Below, piece after piece: positions 25,858 through 35,167 of a stretch of 64,000 nucleotides of DNA; within the stretch, counting starts at the first letter, position 1; the number at the start of each line of letters is the position of its first letter. The stretch comes from Candidatus Zhuqueibacterota bacterium (lineage in GTDB: Bacteria > Zhuqueibacterota > Zhuqueibacteria > Residuimicrobiales > Krinioviventaceae): NCBI GenBank assembly GCA_034505495.1, contig JAPDQV010000001.1, positions 145,892 to 209,891 on the forward strand, read 5' to 3'. The notes beneath the pieces were generated by a model. That model ran no database searches, was not told the origin of the DNA, and saw only the letters and a program-made list of their open reading frames with translations. Both the position numbers and the translations under genes were made by a program.

Positions 25858-26813
25858 ATCAACTTTACCAACTCGTCGATTTTCCCTTCGCGATACTGCT
25901 CTTCCAGCCAGTCGAGTCTATGGCGGAACTCCCGCGCCGAGCCGAAAGAAAAAACTACCGTCATCTCTTCATCCTGAAAGTAGGGTGCGTGGCTTATCGA
26001 GACGCCTTTCGGCGGCCGCATGCGCTTTATCAGCTCTGAAAAAGCTTTTTCCTGTTCGCTGTAGCGGGGGTAGCGCCTCTCCCATAGAATTTGTTTGAGC
26101 CGGTCGCTCTTTTGCGAAGGCGTTAGAGGCGCGTCAAGGACCTCGCGGAAAGCCGACAACTCGAGGAGCGCGCAAGGGGAGCTGTCGGCTAAACGCGCGA
26201 CATCCTGGAGAAGCAAAAGGAACTCACGCTGACGATTTTTACCCAACCGCAAGGTCTGAAAAAGCCGCCATATTGCGTCTCGATCTGCATCCGGCAACTC
26301 TGCCAGATCTTTGACGATTTCGAAGGAGAGACGGTCTTCTGCAGCCGCTTGCTGCCAATCCGACGGCAGGTCGGCGATCGGCGCAAAAAGAGCCAAGAGG
26401 TTCGGATTGCTGCCGAGGCGCATGAGCGGAAAAAAGCTGCGCCAGATTTCCTCATCCTTGACCTGCATAAGGCGCAGTTTTTTGATCGCCCAAGAGACTT
26501 CTGCGGCGTTGAAGGTGCGATGGGCGGCGTTTTCCGCCAGCGCAATGCGGAACCGCTCTGCCGGCGATGCGGGATCGGTTAAAATGCGGGCCTCGGCGCG
26601 GCTAAATTCGAGCTCGCGCAGAGCCAGAAAGCGGCGAAAGCCGCACACGATGCGCAGCCCGCCTTGCGGCGACGGTTCGAGGATCAAGGGGCTGAGCAAG
26701 CCTGCCAGCCGAATGGAATCCTTGAGCGGCTGCAGCGGGGCAAAGGAAGGCAGACGATAAAGATCGTCGTCGCTTATCTCCTGCAAATCGATTGTGACGG
26801 TTTGAGATGTCAT
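25854..26813 (-). CDS. ParB-like nuclease (ParB/Srx N-terminal) domain protein
   Basis: IVCGFRRFLALREL ... ALAENAAHRTFNAAE matches ParB N-terminal GxRRxxA / ENxxR motifs; no adjacent ParA; 1-nt stop/start overlap (TAATG) with upstream helicase. Confidence 0.6.
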   Translation of the reverse strand: MTSQTVTIDLQEISDDDLYRLPSFAPLQPLKDSIRLAGLLSPLILEPSPQGGLRIVCGFRRFLALRELEFSRAEARILTDPASPAERFRIALAENAAHRTFNAAEVSWAIKKLRLMQVKDEEIWRSFFPLMRLGSNPNLLALFAPIADLPSDWQQAAAEDRLSFEIVKDLAELPDADRDAIWRLFQTLRLGKNRQREFLLLLQDVARLADSSPCALLELSAFREVLDAPLTPSQKSDRLKQILWERRYPRYSEQEKAFSELIKRMRPPKGVSISHAPYFQDEEMTVVFSFGSAREFRHRLDWLEEQYREGKIDELVKLI

Positions 26814-29800
26814 TAAAATAAACTCAATTGTTTAACTTTTTTCCGCGGATCAATCCGGCTTTTTTCAGCCGAAACAAGCGATTCGGAAATTGCGCTTAGA
26901 AAATGAGAAGGTTCCTGCTGCACCATTTTGCCGTTGAGCAGTCGATTTTTTGCGTGCGTTAAAAAAAGGAAGCGTTTGGCGCGCGTCATACCGACGTAGA
27001 GCAGGCGCCTTTCCTCTTCGAGGTCGTTGCGGCCGAGGTGATGGGGAAGAATCCCCTCTTCGCAGGCGGCAATAAAGACGGCGGAAAACTCTAATCCTTT
27101 GGCCGCGTGCAGGGTCAGCAAGCGCACGCGGTCGGCGCGGGGATCGAGACGGTCGAGGCTTCGTTGAACCGCCAAGGCGTCGAAAAAGCGCTGCGGCTCG
27201 TGCTGAAACGCCGCCGCCCATTTCATTAGGCGGTCTAAAAAGCGAGCCGTCTGTTCGCCTGCCCTATTCTCCGGCAAATATTTCTTTATCAGAGAAAGCA
27301 ACGTTTCGGCCGATGTATCGGTGGGAAGATCGGCTGCTGCAGCGAGGTAGGAGCGTGCCGCCGTTTCATCGCCAAAGAAATCCCTGGCGGCGGCAAAAAC
27401 CGCCGCGTCTTCCTTTTTACGGGCAGCGGTCAGCAGCCGGTAAAGCGGCTCGTCGAGCATAAACGCATCGTCGGCATAGTCGTAAGGAATGCCCGATCGG
27501 TGAAAAGCTTCAATAAGCGCCGGCGCTGCGGCACGTGAGCGAAAGAGCACGGCAATGTCGCCGAAAGCGAGACGTGCTTCTGTTCGATCGACGCGTCCAG
27601 TGTCGAAAGAGAAGAAACCGGTACCTCCGACGAGCTGCTCCACAGTCTGCACGATGTATTCAGCCTCCGCTCGGTCAGTGACTGCATGATGGATGATGAC
27701 TTTGACCGGGTTTGAGGGGCTTTCAACAGAGACGGTTCGACGCCGGAGCATTTGCTGCGCCGCTGCGGAGATGATCGGCGTCGAACGGTAATTGCGCGAA
27801 AGTTTGATGATGCGGGCGTGCGGAAATTCCTCTTGGAAGCGTTCGAATAGTCGAGGTTCGGCGCCGCGAAAGCCGTATATGGCCTGGTCCGGGTCGCCGA
27901 TGGCGCAAAAATCCCTGGCCGAAAGCGCGAACAGACGGATGAGTTCGTACTGGATGCGGCTCAAGTCCTGGAATTCGTCTACGGCAACGATTGGAAATTG
28001 ACGCAGCATGGTTCTTCTTACCTCCGGTTTGAAGCGGAGGAGACGCAGAGGCAGGAGAATCAGGTCCTCCAAATCAACGGCGTCAAGTTCAATTAAAAGT
28101 TCTTCATAGCGGCGAAAAAGGGTCGTAAAGGCTTCGCCTTCCTTTTCCGACACCTCTTTAGGCAGCGAATCGGGAAGTATGCCGCGACTTTTGTAGAATG
28201 CAAGGCGAGGCCAAGGGATAGCCGTTTTTTCTAAGAGCGGTTTCAGAGACTCATGCAGTCCAGGATGTGTTGCCGGCTCAATAATCGAAAAGGAAGGGGT
28301 ACGTCCGGCAAAGGGTTCTTTCATTCGGCGCAAAATCTCGGCTCCAAAAGCGTGTAGGGTGGAGATGGTCATTCGCTCTGCGCGCGCACGACCGAGAAGA
28401 TGAGTGAGCCGTTCGCGCATTTCATCTGCGGCACGATTGGTAAAAGTTACAGCCAATACTTCCTCCGGTTCGGCGCTCCCTTCCTCGATGATCGCCGCCA
28501 ACCGATGAGTGAGGGTGCGGGTTTTGCCGCTGCCGGGACCTGCGATGATGAGCAACGGGCTGCCGCGATGCTCTACCGCCTGCCGCTGCTCCTCATTGAG
28601 ACCGAATGATTCAGCCGGAGGCTCGTTTACCTGAATTGTTTCGATCTGTTGTTCCGGTTTCCGAACGTCCTGCCTTTGCGGCTTTTCTGCCTTTGGAAGC
28701 TCAAAAAGAAGCTGCTGTCGGGCGATCTCTTCTCTTTCTCCGGGCAAAAAAATGCGGACCACACCGTACTCTCCGTCATATCCGGGCTCGGGCATGACTT
28801 TACCTTCCCGCATTCTCCTGATGGCCTCGGCAAGGAGGCTTCCGCCTGCGCGCTGAATGTCGGCAAGAGGCCTATCGAGGAGGATTTCGAGCTCGGGGCC
28901 CAGTTCGCCGAGCAAATAAAAGTAGCGTTCTTCGATTTTGGCTGCGGTTTTGCCGATGTTGGCGGCTTCCGCCAGCACTTCGGGCAGCGGTATGAGGCTG
29001 TAAAAGGGCTGAGCGGTCGGCGGCCGATAACCGACAGGCCGATCCGCCAGCTCGTCGACCCGATAGCTGACCCCTAGCACCAAAGGCTGATTGCAGACAG
29101 GGCAGACGCCGCGGTGCGCTTTGGTCTCTTCCGGCGTAAAGCGTACACCGCATTTTCGGTGACCATCCGCGTGATACTTGCCCTCTTCGGGAAAGAACTC
29201 GATGGTGCCGCCAAATCGGTTGGACGAACGGTTGCGCAGCGCGTCGAACAGGGCAGAATAACTCAATTCCGTCTCAAAAATATTGGCTTCTCTAGCCAGG
29301 TTCGCGGGAGAGTGGGCGTCCGAATTGGAGACGAGAGCATAGCGGTCGAGCTGTGACAGCCGCCAGTTCATCGGCGGATCACTGGACAGTCCGGTTTCCA
29401 TGGCGAAAATGTGCGGCGTTAGATCGCCGAAACACTCTTCGACCGTATCGAATCCCGATTTGGAGCCGAAAAGAGAAAACCAAGGCGTCCAGATGTGGGC
29501 CGGGATAAGCACCGCCTGCGGATCGACTTGAAGAAGAATCTCCAGCAGATCACGGGTATCGAGTCCCAGGATCGGTCTGCCGTCCGAGGTAATGTTGCCG
29601 ATCTTGGCGAGCTGCTCCTGGAGTTTTTCCGCCGCGGCAATTGACGGTACAAAAATGACGCTGTGCACTTTACGGACGCGGCCGCCCTTTTTGTAAATGG
29701 TGCTGATTTCGCCCGAGAGGATAAAGCGGACTGCCCGACGACACGAAGCGGGCACCGCCGGAGACAAGTTTTGCGTAAATTCGCGACGCAAAGCAAAGAG

Positions 29801-29986
29801 GCCCTCCTCGGCCTCGGCCAGCTTGGTTTTGATCTCTTCCAATCTCCCGGGGTGGGTAATGTCTCCTGTCGCAACGACGGACAAACCTTTGAGTTGCGCC
29901 CATTGATGGATGTGCTCCAGGTCCAGCTCTTTGCTGGTGGCGCGGGAGAAAGGCGAATGAATATGCAGATCGGCAAAATAGCGCAT
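26813..29986 (-). CDS. EndoQ-like PHP-domain endonuclease fused to UvrD/PcrA-type SF1 helicase
   Basis: N-terminus MRYFADLHIHSPFSRATS...LKGLSVVATGDITHP resembles endonuclease Q PHP domain plus Zn ribbon (CGVRF...CPVC); followed by Walker A AGPGSGKT, motif II VDEFQD and UvrD_C region. Confidence 0.8.
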   Translation of the reverse strand: MRYFADLHIHSPFSRATSKELDLEHIHQWAQLKGLSVVATGDITHPGRLEEIKTKLAEAEEGLFALRREFTQNLSPAVPASCRRAVRFILSGEISTIYKKGGRVRKVHSVIFVPSIAAAEKLQEQLAKIGNITSDGRPILGLDTRDLLEILLQVDPQAVLIPAHIWTPWFSLFGSKSGFDTVEECFGDLTPHIFAMETGLSSDPPMNWRLSQLDRYALVSNSDAHSPANLAREANIFETELSYSALFDALRNRSSNRFGGTIEFFPEEGKYHADGHRKCGVRFTPEETKAHRGVCPVCNQPLVLGVSYRVDELADRPVGYRPPTAQPFYSLIPLPEVLAEAANIGKTAAKIEERYFYLLGELGPELEILLDRPLADIQRAGGSLLAEAIRRMREGKVMPEPGYDGEYGVVRIFLPGEREEIARQQLLFELPKAEKPQRQDVRKPEQQIETIQVNEPPAESFGLNEEQRQAVEHRGSPLLIIAGPGSGKTRTLTHRLAAIIEEGSAEPEEVLAVTFTNRAADEMRERLTHLLGRARAERMTISTLHAFGAEILRRMKEPFAGRTPSFSIIEPATHPGLHESLKPLLEKTAIPWPRLAFYKSRGILPDSLPKEVSEKEGEAFTTLFRRYEELLIELDAVDLEDLILLPLRLLRFKPEVRRTMLRQFPIVAVDEFQDLSRIQYELIRLFALSARDFCAIGDPDQAIYGFRGAEPRLFERFQEEFPHARIIKLSRNYRSTPIISAAAQQMLRRRTVSVESPSNPVKVIIHHAVTDRAEAEYIVQTVEQLVGGTGFFSFDTGRVDRTEARLAFGDIAVLFRSRAAAPALIEAFHRSGIPYDYADDAFMLDEPLYRLLTAARKKEDAAVFAAARDFFGDETAARSYLAAAADLPTDTSAETLLSLIKKYLPENRAGEQTARFLDRLMKWAAAFQHEPQRFFDALAVQRSLDRLDPRADRVRLLTLHAAKGLEFSAVFIAACEEGILPHHLGRNDLEEERRLLYVGMTRAKRFLFLTHAKNRLLNGKMVQQEPSHFLSAISESLVSAEKSRIDPRKKVKQLSLF

Positions 29987-30060
29987 GGGGGATTGCGTTC
30001 CAGAATTCGGTGGTTAGGATCAACGTTTTGAAAAAGACTATCGCGGCTTTCCGCCGGTCA

Positions 30061-30088
30061 AAAAAAAGGCGGATTGTATCCGCCTTTT
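30061..30088. terminator. bidirectional rho-independent terminator
   Basis: A7-GGCGGAT-TGT-ATCCGCC-TTTT: perfect 7-bp GC-rich stem flanked by A-tract and T-tract; sits between convergent... downstream of minus-strand small ORF/OMP operon and upstream of helicase promoter. Confidence 0.55.
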
Positions 30089-30111
30089 CGATGCGCGTTT
30101 CGAAGCGGTAA

Positions 30112-30288
30112 TCAAACCTTGACTTTGTCCCACGTTTCCTTGCTGACAAATTTCGTTAGGCTGCGGCCGTCGCTGGTTTTTCCCTTGAGGGCATAGCGCT
30201 GTTTGCCGGGTTCACCGTACGTTACCTTTTCTACGACATCGGCCTGCACCGATTTTCGCAGCTTGACGTCATAAAAGGTTTCTTTCAT
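30112..30288 (-). CDS. small conserved-looking protein (58 aa), unknown function
   Basis: Strong SD GGAGG 7 nt upstream of ATG; MKETFYDVKLRKSVQADVVEKVTYGEPGKQRYALKGKTSDGRSLTKFVSKETWDKVKV; followed by terminator; not in ORF track (<60 aa). Confidence 0.4.
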   Translation of the reverse strand: MKETFYDVKLRKSVQADVVEKVTYGEPGKQRYALKGKTSDGRSLTKFVSKETWDKVKV

Positions 30289-30337
30289 GAGAAAACCTCC
30301 TTTTAATTAGGTGTGCAATCAACAAGCGCCGAACGGC

Positions 30338-30970
30338 CTAAAACGGCGACACCGATAAACCTGCGGCGAATCGCCAACCGCCGATGCTTTTTTCTTCAAA
30401 ACCGGTTCGGCCGCCAACTCCTCCTGAGGCGACTTCAGCCTCGAGGTAAATGACGGCTTTTGAAGTCGCAAGATACTCGACCGCTGCTTCCATGTAAAAA
30501 CCGGAACCCTGTTGTTTACCGGCGGCGCCCGAAGAATTGCCTGCCAGGACAAATCGGTTCCCAGTTTCGTCGATAAAATAGAATGCCGCTCCGAATCCGT
30601 AGTAGGAGCCCCAGCGGCCGTCCGGAAGCCTCCGAATGCGCACGCCTGCTTTCAGCCATTTTTCTTTCCATGAGGATTCCATGAAACCCTCAGCAGCGGT
30701 TGGATTGTCAGCACGGCGGTAAAAAGAACCGTACTTGGCCGATGCATAAGCTGTTCCGTAGAACCGCACGGCGGCAAAGCCGCCGAATCCGCCTCCCCAT
30801 CGGCTTTCGTAGACCTGCTCAAAATCTTTATGGGAGATGCGGAAAGCGCCGTAATCTCCGCCAAGGATCAATCGCGGAGGTTCGGCAGGTTTTAACTCTT
30901 TGTACCACTGAGCCGAGACGCTGCCTACGAGGCAAAAAACAGCATAAAGAAGACGCTTTACCATAGCCAT
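30338..30970 (-). CDS. outer membrane beta-barrel protein (OmpW/OmpA-like small porin fold)
   Basis: Signal peptide MAMVKRLLYAVFCLVGSVSAQ; alternating amphipathic beta strands; C-terminal aromatic residue (…GLSVSPF). Confidence 0.55.
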   Translation of the reverse strand: MAMVKRLLYAVFCLVGSVSAQWYKELKPAEPPRLILGGDYGAFRISHKDFEQVYESRWGGGFGGFAAVRFYGTAYASAKYGSFYRRADNPTAAEGFMESSWKEKWLKAGVRIRRLPDGRWGSYYGFGAAFYFIDETGNRFVLAGNSSGAAGKQQGSGFYMEAAVEYLATSKAVIYLEAEVASGGVGGRTGFEEKSIGGWRFAAGLSVSPF

Positions 30971-31332
30971 CCGCGCTTTTGCATAAATATTACCATGCGT
31001 CTGAAAGCGCAAAGGGCCGTACAGGTTCCCAATAAATTGGCTGCAGCATCCAACGGATCGAACAATCTGCCTGGAATCCAAATTTGCACCGTTTCATCGA
31101 TAAGGGCAAAAAAGATCGAAAAAAGTGCTGCCCGTTTAACCGCACGCGGGAGGCCAATTATTTCATATTTGCTAAAGTTCCTTGCGGCCAACCAGGCAAG
31201 CAGAAAAAACGCGAGAAAATGAGCGGCTTTGTCCTGCTCATCGAATCCCAGATCGGGCAGCTCAACTTTTGGAGACCAGGTCAAATACAACAAAAGGATA
31301 GACCACAGGATCAGCGGCCCTTGCCATTTCAT
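30958..31332 (-). CDS. VanZ-like family membrane protein
   Basis: DKAAHFLAFFLL ... DETVQIWIPGRLFDPLDAAANLLG matches VanZ family DK..H / DE..Q..pgR..d..D..aN motifs. Confidence 0.6.
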   Translation of the reverse strand: MKWQGPLILWSILLLYLTWSPKVELPDLGFDEQDKAAHFLAFFLLAWLAARNFSKYEIIGLPRAVKRAALFSIFFALIDETVQIWIPGRLFDPLDAAANLLGTCTALCAFRRMVIFMQKRGWLW

Positions 31333-32864
31333 AGCGGCGCCGCGTTTTCTATTTCCATGAGCGCCTGAGGGACGTTTCTCAGCAGATCGCCGGCGATCAT
31401 GCCCGCTTGGCCGAGCTTCTCGGCGGCCAAATCTCCCGCCAGGCCGTGGATAAAGACGCCGGCTGCGGCGGCATCTTTGGGCGTCAGTCCCTGCGCCAGC
31501 AACGAAGCAATCAGTCCGGTCAGCACGTCGCCGGTTCCGGCGGTGGCCATACCGGCGTTACCGGTCGAATTGATGTACACGCTGCCGTCCGGCGCGGCAA
31601 TGACCGTCGGCCCGCCTTTAAGGACCAGCGTGCATTTCCATTCCTTGGCAAATCGGGCTGCGGTCTCTACCGGTTCGGCCGTTATTTGGTCTGCCGAAAG
31701 GCCGGTAAGTCGGGCCAGTTCGCCGGCATGCGGAGTGAGAACCAGTCCGCGGCGATGCGCCGCAAACAGCTGCGTATGGCCGACGCAGGCGTTCAGCCCG
31801 TCCGCGTCGAGGACCAACGGCCTGTCGATCTGCAAAAGAAGGCTCTTGATCAGCGCCTGGGTCTCGGGATCGCGGCCCATGCCCGGTCCTACGGCCACGG
31901 CATCTTTTGTAGCGGCTTGTTCCAAAAGAAGGGGCAGCGAGGCGGCGGTGAAGCGGCCGACGTCGCCGGTGGGCAGGGTGATGACTTCGGTGAGCTTGGT
32001 CTCATAGATGACGTTGAGATCGCTGGGAGTTGCCAGGTATACGAGACCCGCGCCGGCGCGCAGTGCTGTTTCCGCGGTCAACGAGGCGGCGCCGGTAAAA
32101 CCGCGCGATCCGGCGATGACCAGCACTTGGCCGCACTGCGTTTTATGGGCGTTCGGCGCGCGGCGAGGCAGCAGTTTTCCCACGTCTTCTTTTTCGAGGC
32201 GGTATATGCGCGGATCGTGTGCGGCAATCAAAGCCTGAGGCATACAGATGTCGACGATTTCGATGCGGCCGCAATGCTCTCTGCCGGGAGAAAACAGCAG
32301 GCCTCGCTTCATTAGCGCCATGGTAGCCGTCAAATCCGCCTTTACGGCTATGCCTTCGACGGCGCCGGAATCGGCATTGACCCCAGTTGGAATGTCGACG
32401 GCTACGATCGGCGCGCCCTGCGCCTGCAGGTGCGCGACGGCCTGGGCAATGAGACCGCGCAGGCTGCCGCGAACGCCGGTTCCCAGCAGCGCATCGACGA
32501 TCAGATCCGGCTTTTCTTTCGGCAGGTCTTCGGCCGACTGCACGATGCAGGGGGTAATGCCGAATTGCACCAGCCGCTCGAAATGAAATCGGGCGTCGGG
32601 AGTCAGCTTATCTTTTACTGAGAGCAACAGGACGGCAGGCTCGAAACCACGATTTTTCAGATAGCGGGCAATGACAAATCCGTCGCCGCCGTTGTTGCCG
32701 GGTCCGCAGTATATATGAACCGTCCTGAAGCGAAAGCGGTCTAAAATCAAGTCGACGACGCCGCGTCCGGCATTTTCCATCAACAGAATGCCCGAAAGAG
32801 CGAACTGTTCGATTGTCAACCGATCCAACTCGGCCATTTGAGCTGCCGTAACGACGACCTTCAC
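31329..32864 (-). CDS. nnr: bifunctional NAD(P)H-hydrate repair enzyme (epimerase + ADP-dependent dehydratase)
   Basis: YjeF-N motif GPGNNGGDG and C-terminal carbohydrate-kinase-like LVIAGSRGFTGAASL; GTG start with GGAGG SD, GTGA overlap with acpS stop. Confidence 0.85.
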   Translation of the reverse strand: MKVVVTAAQMAELDRLTIEQFALSGILLMENAGRGVVDLILDRFRFRTVHIYCGPGNNGGDGFVIARYLKNRGFEPAVLLLSVKDKLTPDARFHFERLVQFGITPCIVQSAEDLPKEKPDLIVDALLGTGVRGSLRGLIAQAVAHLQAQGAPIVAVDIPTGVNADSGAVEGIAVKADLTATMALMKRGLLFSPGREHCGRIEIVDICMPQALIAAHDPRIYRLEKEDVGKLLPRRAPNAHKTQCGQVLVIAGSRGFTGAASLTAETALRAGAGLVYLATPSDLNVIYETKLTEVITLPTGDVGRFTAASLPLLLEQAATKDAVAVGPGMGRDPETQALIKSLLLQIDRPLVLDADGLNACVGHTQLFAAHRRGLVLTPHAGELARLTGLSADQITAEPVETAARFAKEWKCTLVLKGGPTVIAAPDGSVYINSTGNAGMATAGTGDVLTGLIASLLAQGLTPKDAAAAGVFIHGLAGDLAAEKLGQAGMIAGDLLRNVPQALMEIENAAPL

Positions 32865-33244
32865 TTGGCACCTCCGCAGCTTTCGCAAACCACGACGGCC
32901 GCGGCCGTATCTCGTCCATGGCTCATACTCAAATGCAGGCGTAAGCCGGCGAAAAGAATGCTCTTGGGCCCGACGGGCTGAATGAATGGTTTGCCGCTCG
33001 CATCGTTCATGACCTGCACATCGCGCCAACCGATTTGCTGCTGCAATGCTTCCGGCAGGCTTTTAAACAGCGCCTCTTTGGCTGCAAAACGCGCGGCAAT
33101 GGAGTGAACTTTGAGCCTCGGCCGACAACAATAATCAATCTCGGGAGCCGTCAGCACTTTGCGCAGAAACTTTTCGCCCCACCGTTGCACGGTTTTCCGA
33201 ATACGGTCAATCTCCACCAAATCGATGCCGATGCCCTGCGTCAT
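32861..33244 (-). CDS. acpS: holo-[acyl-carrier-protein] synthase
   Basis: GIGIDLVEIDRI ... FAAKEALFK ... 127 aa, canonical AcpS. Confidence 0.9.
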   Translation of the reverse strand: MTQGIGIDLVEIDRIRKTVQRWGEKFLRKVLTAPEIDYCCRPRLKVHSIAARFAAKEALFKSLPEALQQQIGWRDVQVMNDASGKPFIQPVGPKSILFAGLRLHLSMSHGRDTAAAVVVCESCGGAK

Positions 33245-33345
33245 AAACGTTTCCGCCTTTTATTTCATAAAAGTTACAATCCGCCTCCGTCTTTTGCAAC
33301 AAGTTTCGCTTGCTTGTTTTACTGTTTCATGTTACTTTTTTATTC

Positions 33346-33933
33346 ATGCGGGAAAACAACAGAAAAGAAACTCGGCAGATTATCGATCGGGCGCTGGCAG
33401 GCGATCAAAAAGCTTATGAAGAGATCGTCAATGAATATCACGAACGGATTTATCACTTTATTTATAAAATGGTCAAAGACGGCGCCCAGGCGCAGGATCT
33501 TACCCAGGTCACTTTTATCAAAGCGTTTCGCGCTTTAGCTTCATTCAACTCGGAATACGCCTTTTCGACTTGGCTCTATAAAATTGCCGCGAACAACTGC
33601 ATCGATTATTTCCGTAAAAAAAAGCTCAGAACCTATTCACTCGATACCCCGATTCAAGGCAAGGACGGCGAACTGCAGCGGGACTATGCCGATTTCGAGC
33701 AAAATCCGGAAAAAGAATTGATTTCGCGCGAGCGCGATATGCATATCGAAGAGGCGATCAACTCTTTGCCGGAAAAGTATCGGACGGCAATCCTTCTTCG
33801 GCATGCCCAGGACAAATCGTATGAAGAGATTGCCGAAGAGTTGTCTCTGCCGCTCGGGACAGTCAAGGTGCGGATTTTTCGCGCCCGCGAAATGCTCAAA
33901 AAAAAGCTCAAGGAACAGTTGCGGCCAGGGTAA
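33346..33933 (+). CDS. RNA polymerase sigma-70 factor, ECF subfamily
   Basis: Region 2 (IYHFIYKMV...DLTQVTFIKAF, FSTWLYKIAANNCIDYFRKK) and region 4 (EKYRTAILLRH...SYEEIAEEL..GTVKVRIFRAREMLKK). Confidence 0.85.
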   Translation: MRENNRKETRQIIDRALAGDQKAYEEIVNEYHERIYHFIYKMVKDGAQAQDLTQVTFIKAFRALASFNSEYAFSTWLYKIAANNCIDYFRKKKLRTYSLDTPIQGKDGELQRDYADFEQNPEKELISRERDMHIEEAINSLPEKYRTAILLRHAQDKSYEEIAEELSLPLGTVKVRIFRAREMLKKKLKEQLRPG

Positions 33934-34204
33934 ATTGCCCCAAGTCTCTCGCCAGCTTTTACCTTCCGCCTATCTCCCTCGCCCATAAAGCCTTATGAGA
34001 TGGTTGGAATTCCCCTGTTTTCAATCTGTGTTTTCGTTGGTGCCTTGAGCAGAGCGCGGCTTCACAACTTGCATAAAAGATTAACGGTAGGGGTCGCGGC
34101 GGGAAAAGCGGCCGGTTTTGGACAGCAAAAAAAAATATGGAACCGGAACCATCAGCGGCGTTTTATGACAAGTCGCAAAGGTTCGGTATAGTGTGGTAAA
34201 AGAA

Positions 34205-35167
34205 ATGAATTCTGGAATTCGGCTAATGCGCGAGGGCGATCTTTTGCAGGTTAACGCTTTGCTCTCGCGTGCTTTTAGTCAAGGGCGAGCGGACGACGGC
34301 TATCTCCATACGGATGTGCCCATGTGCCGGAGTGAATTTTTGCGCATGTATTTAGGGCAAAATCCGGAGGGATGTTTTGTCTATCTTGAAAACGGCAGGC
34401 TTTTAGGGGCGGCGTTTACACATGTTTGGGGTAAGCGCGGCTGGTTTGGTCCCTTGGCCGTTGCACCCGAACGGCATCTCATGGGCATCGGCAAACATTT
34501 GGTTGCTGCGTGCATCGCACATCTGCAGAAGCGCGGCTGCACCACCATCGGCCTGGAGACCAATCCGCGCAGCAACCGCAATCTCGGTTTTTACGGCAGG
34601 CTCTCTTTTCTTCCATCGGTCTTGTGCATCGACATGATCCGACCGGTAAAGACCGAACCCCCTGCAAGCGGAACTCCTCCGCATCAAATTTTTATCTACT
34701 CCGAGCTTTCAGAAGCTGATCGCCGCGAATTTCTCAAACATGTTCGCAATCTCATCCTCTGGAGCGACGGCGATGCCGATTATTCCTCGCTGATCGTCAG
34801 CGCGGCTCATTACGGCGTCGGCGACGCTCTGCTCTTTTTCCGCGGTTCGACGCCGATTGCCTTTGCCGCACTGCAGACACTTCCGACTTTGGCGGAAGAG
34901 CAGAACAGCATTATGCGACTTTTTGCATTTGCCGCGCATCCGCAAATGCCGGACAACTATTTGAGCATTGTGGTTCGCGACCTTCTCGCTTTTGCTCAGC
35001 AGCAGAGTTTCGACCGCCTGTTGATCCGGGTGCCAATGCACAGCGGCAGATTGTATCGAATTCTGCTCGAAGGTCAATTTCGGGTCGTAAACGCCGACAT
35101 TCGCCTTGTCCTGGAAGGCTTTGACGAAAAGCCGAATCGAGGAGTTTTGATCGAACGATGGGTATGA
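34205..35167 (+). CDS. GNAT family N-acetyltransferase (two-domain)
   Basis: LMGIGKHLVAACIAHLQKRGCTTIGLET acetyl-CoA binding motif; start chosen at first ATG after GTG 34193. Confidence 0.65.
   Translation: MNSGIRLMREGDLLQVNALLSRAFSQGRADDGYLHTDVPMCRSEFLRMYLGQNPEGCFVYLENGRLLGAAFTHVWGKRGWFGPLAVAPERHLMGIGKHLVAACIAHLQKRGCTTIGLETNPRSNRNLGFYGRLSFLPSVLCIDMIRPVKTEPPASGTPPHQIFIYSELSEADRREFLKHVRNLILWSDGDADYSSLIVSAAHYGVGDALLFFRGSTPIAFAALQTLPTLAEEQNSIMRLFAFAAHPQMPDNYLSIVVRDLLAFAQQQSFDRLLIRVPMHSGRLYRILLEGQFRVVNADIRLVLEGFDEKPNRGVLIERWV

Noticed and set aside
31399-32586. Long plus-strand ORFs (202-302 aa) antisense to nnr
   Set aside because: GC-rich antisense shadow frames with Ala/Arg/Gly-rich low-complexity translations, while the minus frame encodes a well-conserved Nnr.
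34000-34191. 63-aa ORF downstream of the ECF sigma factor as a possible anti-sigma factor
   Set aside because: It has a hydrophobic N-terminus but no ZAS (HxxxCxxC) or RskA-like motif, no SD, and sits 66 nt after the sigma gene. It is too weak to call.
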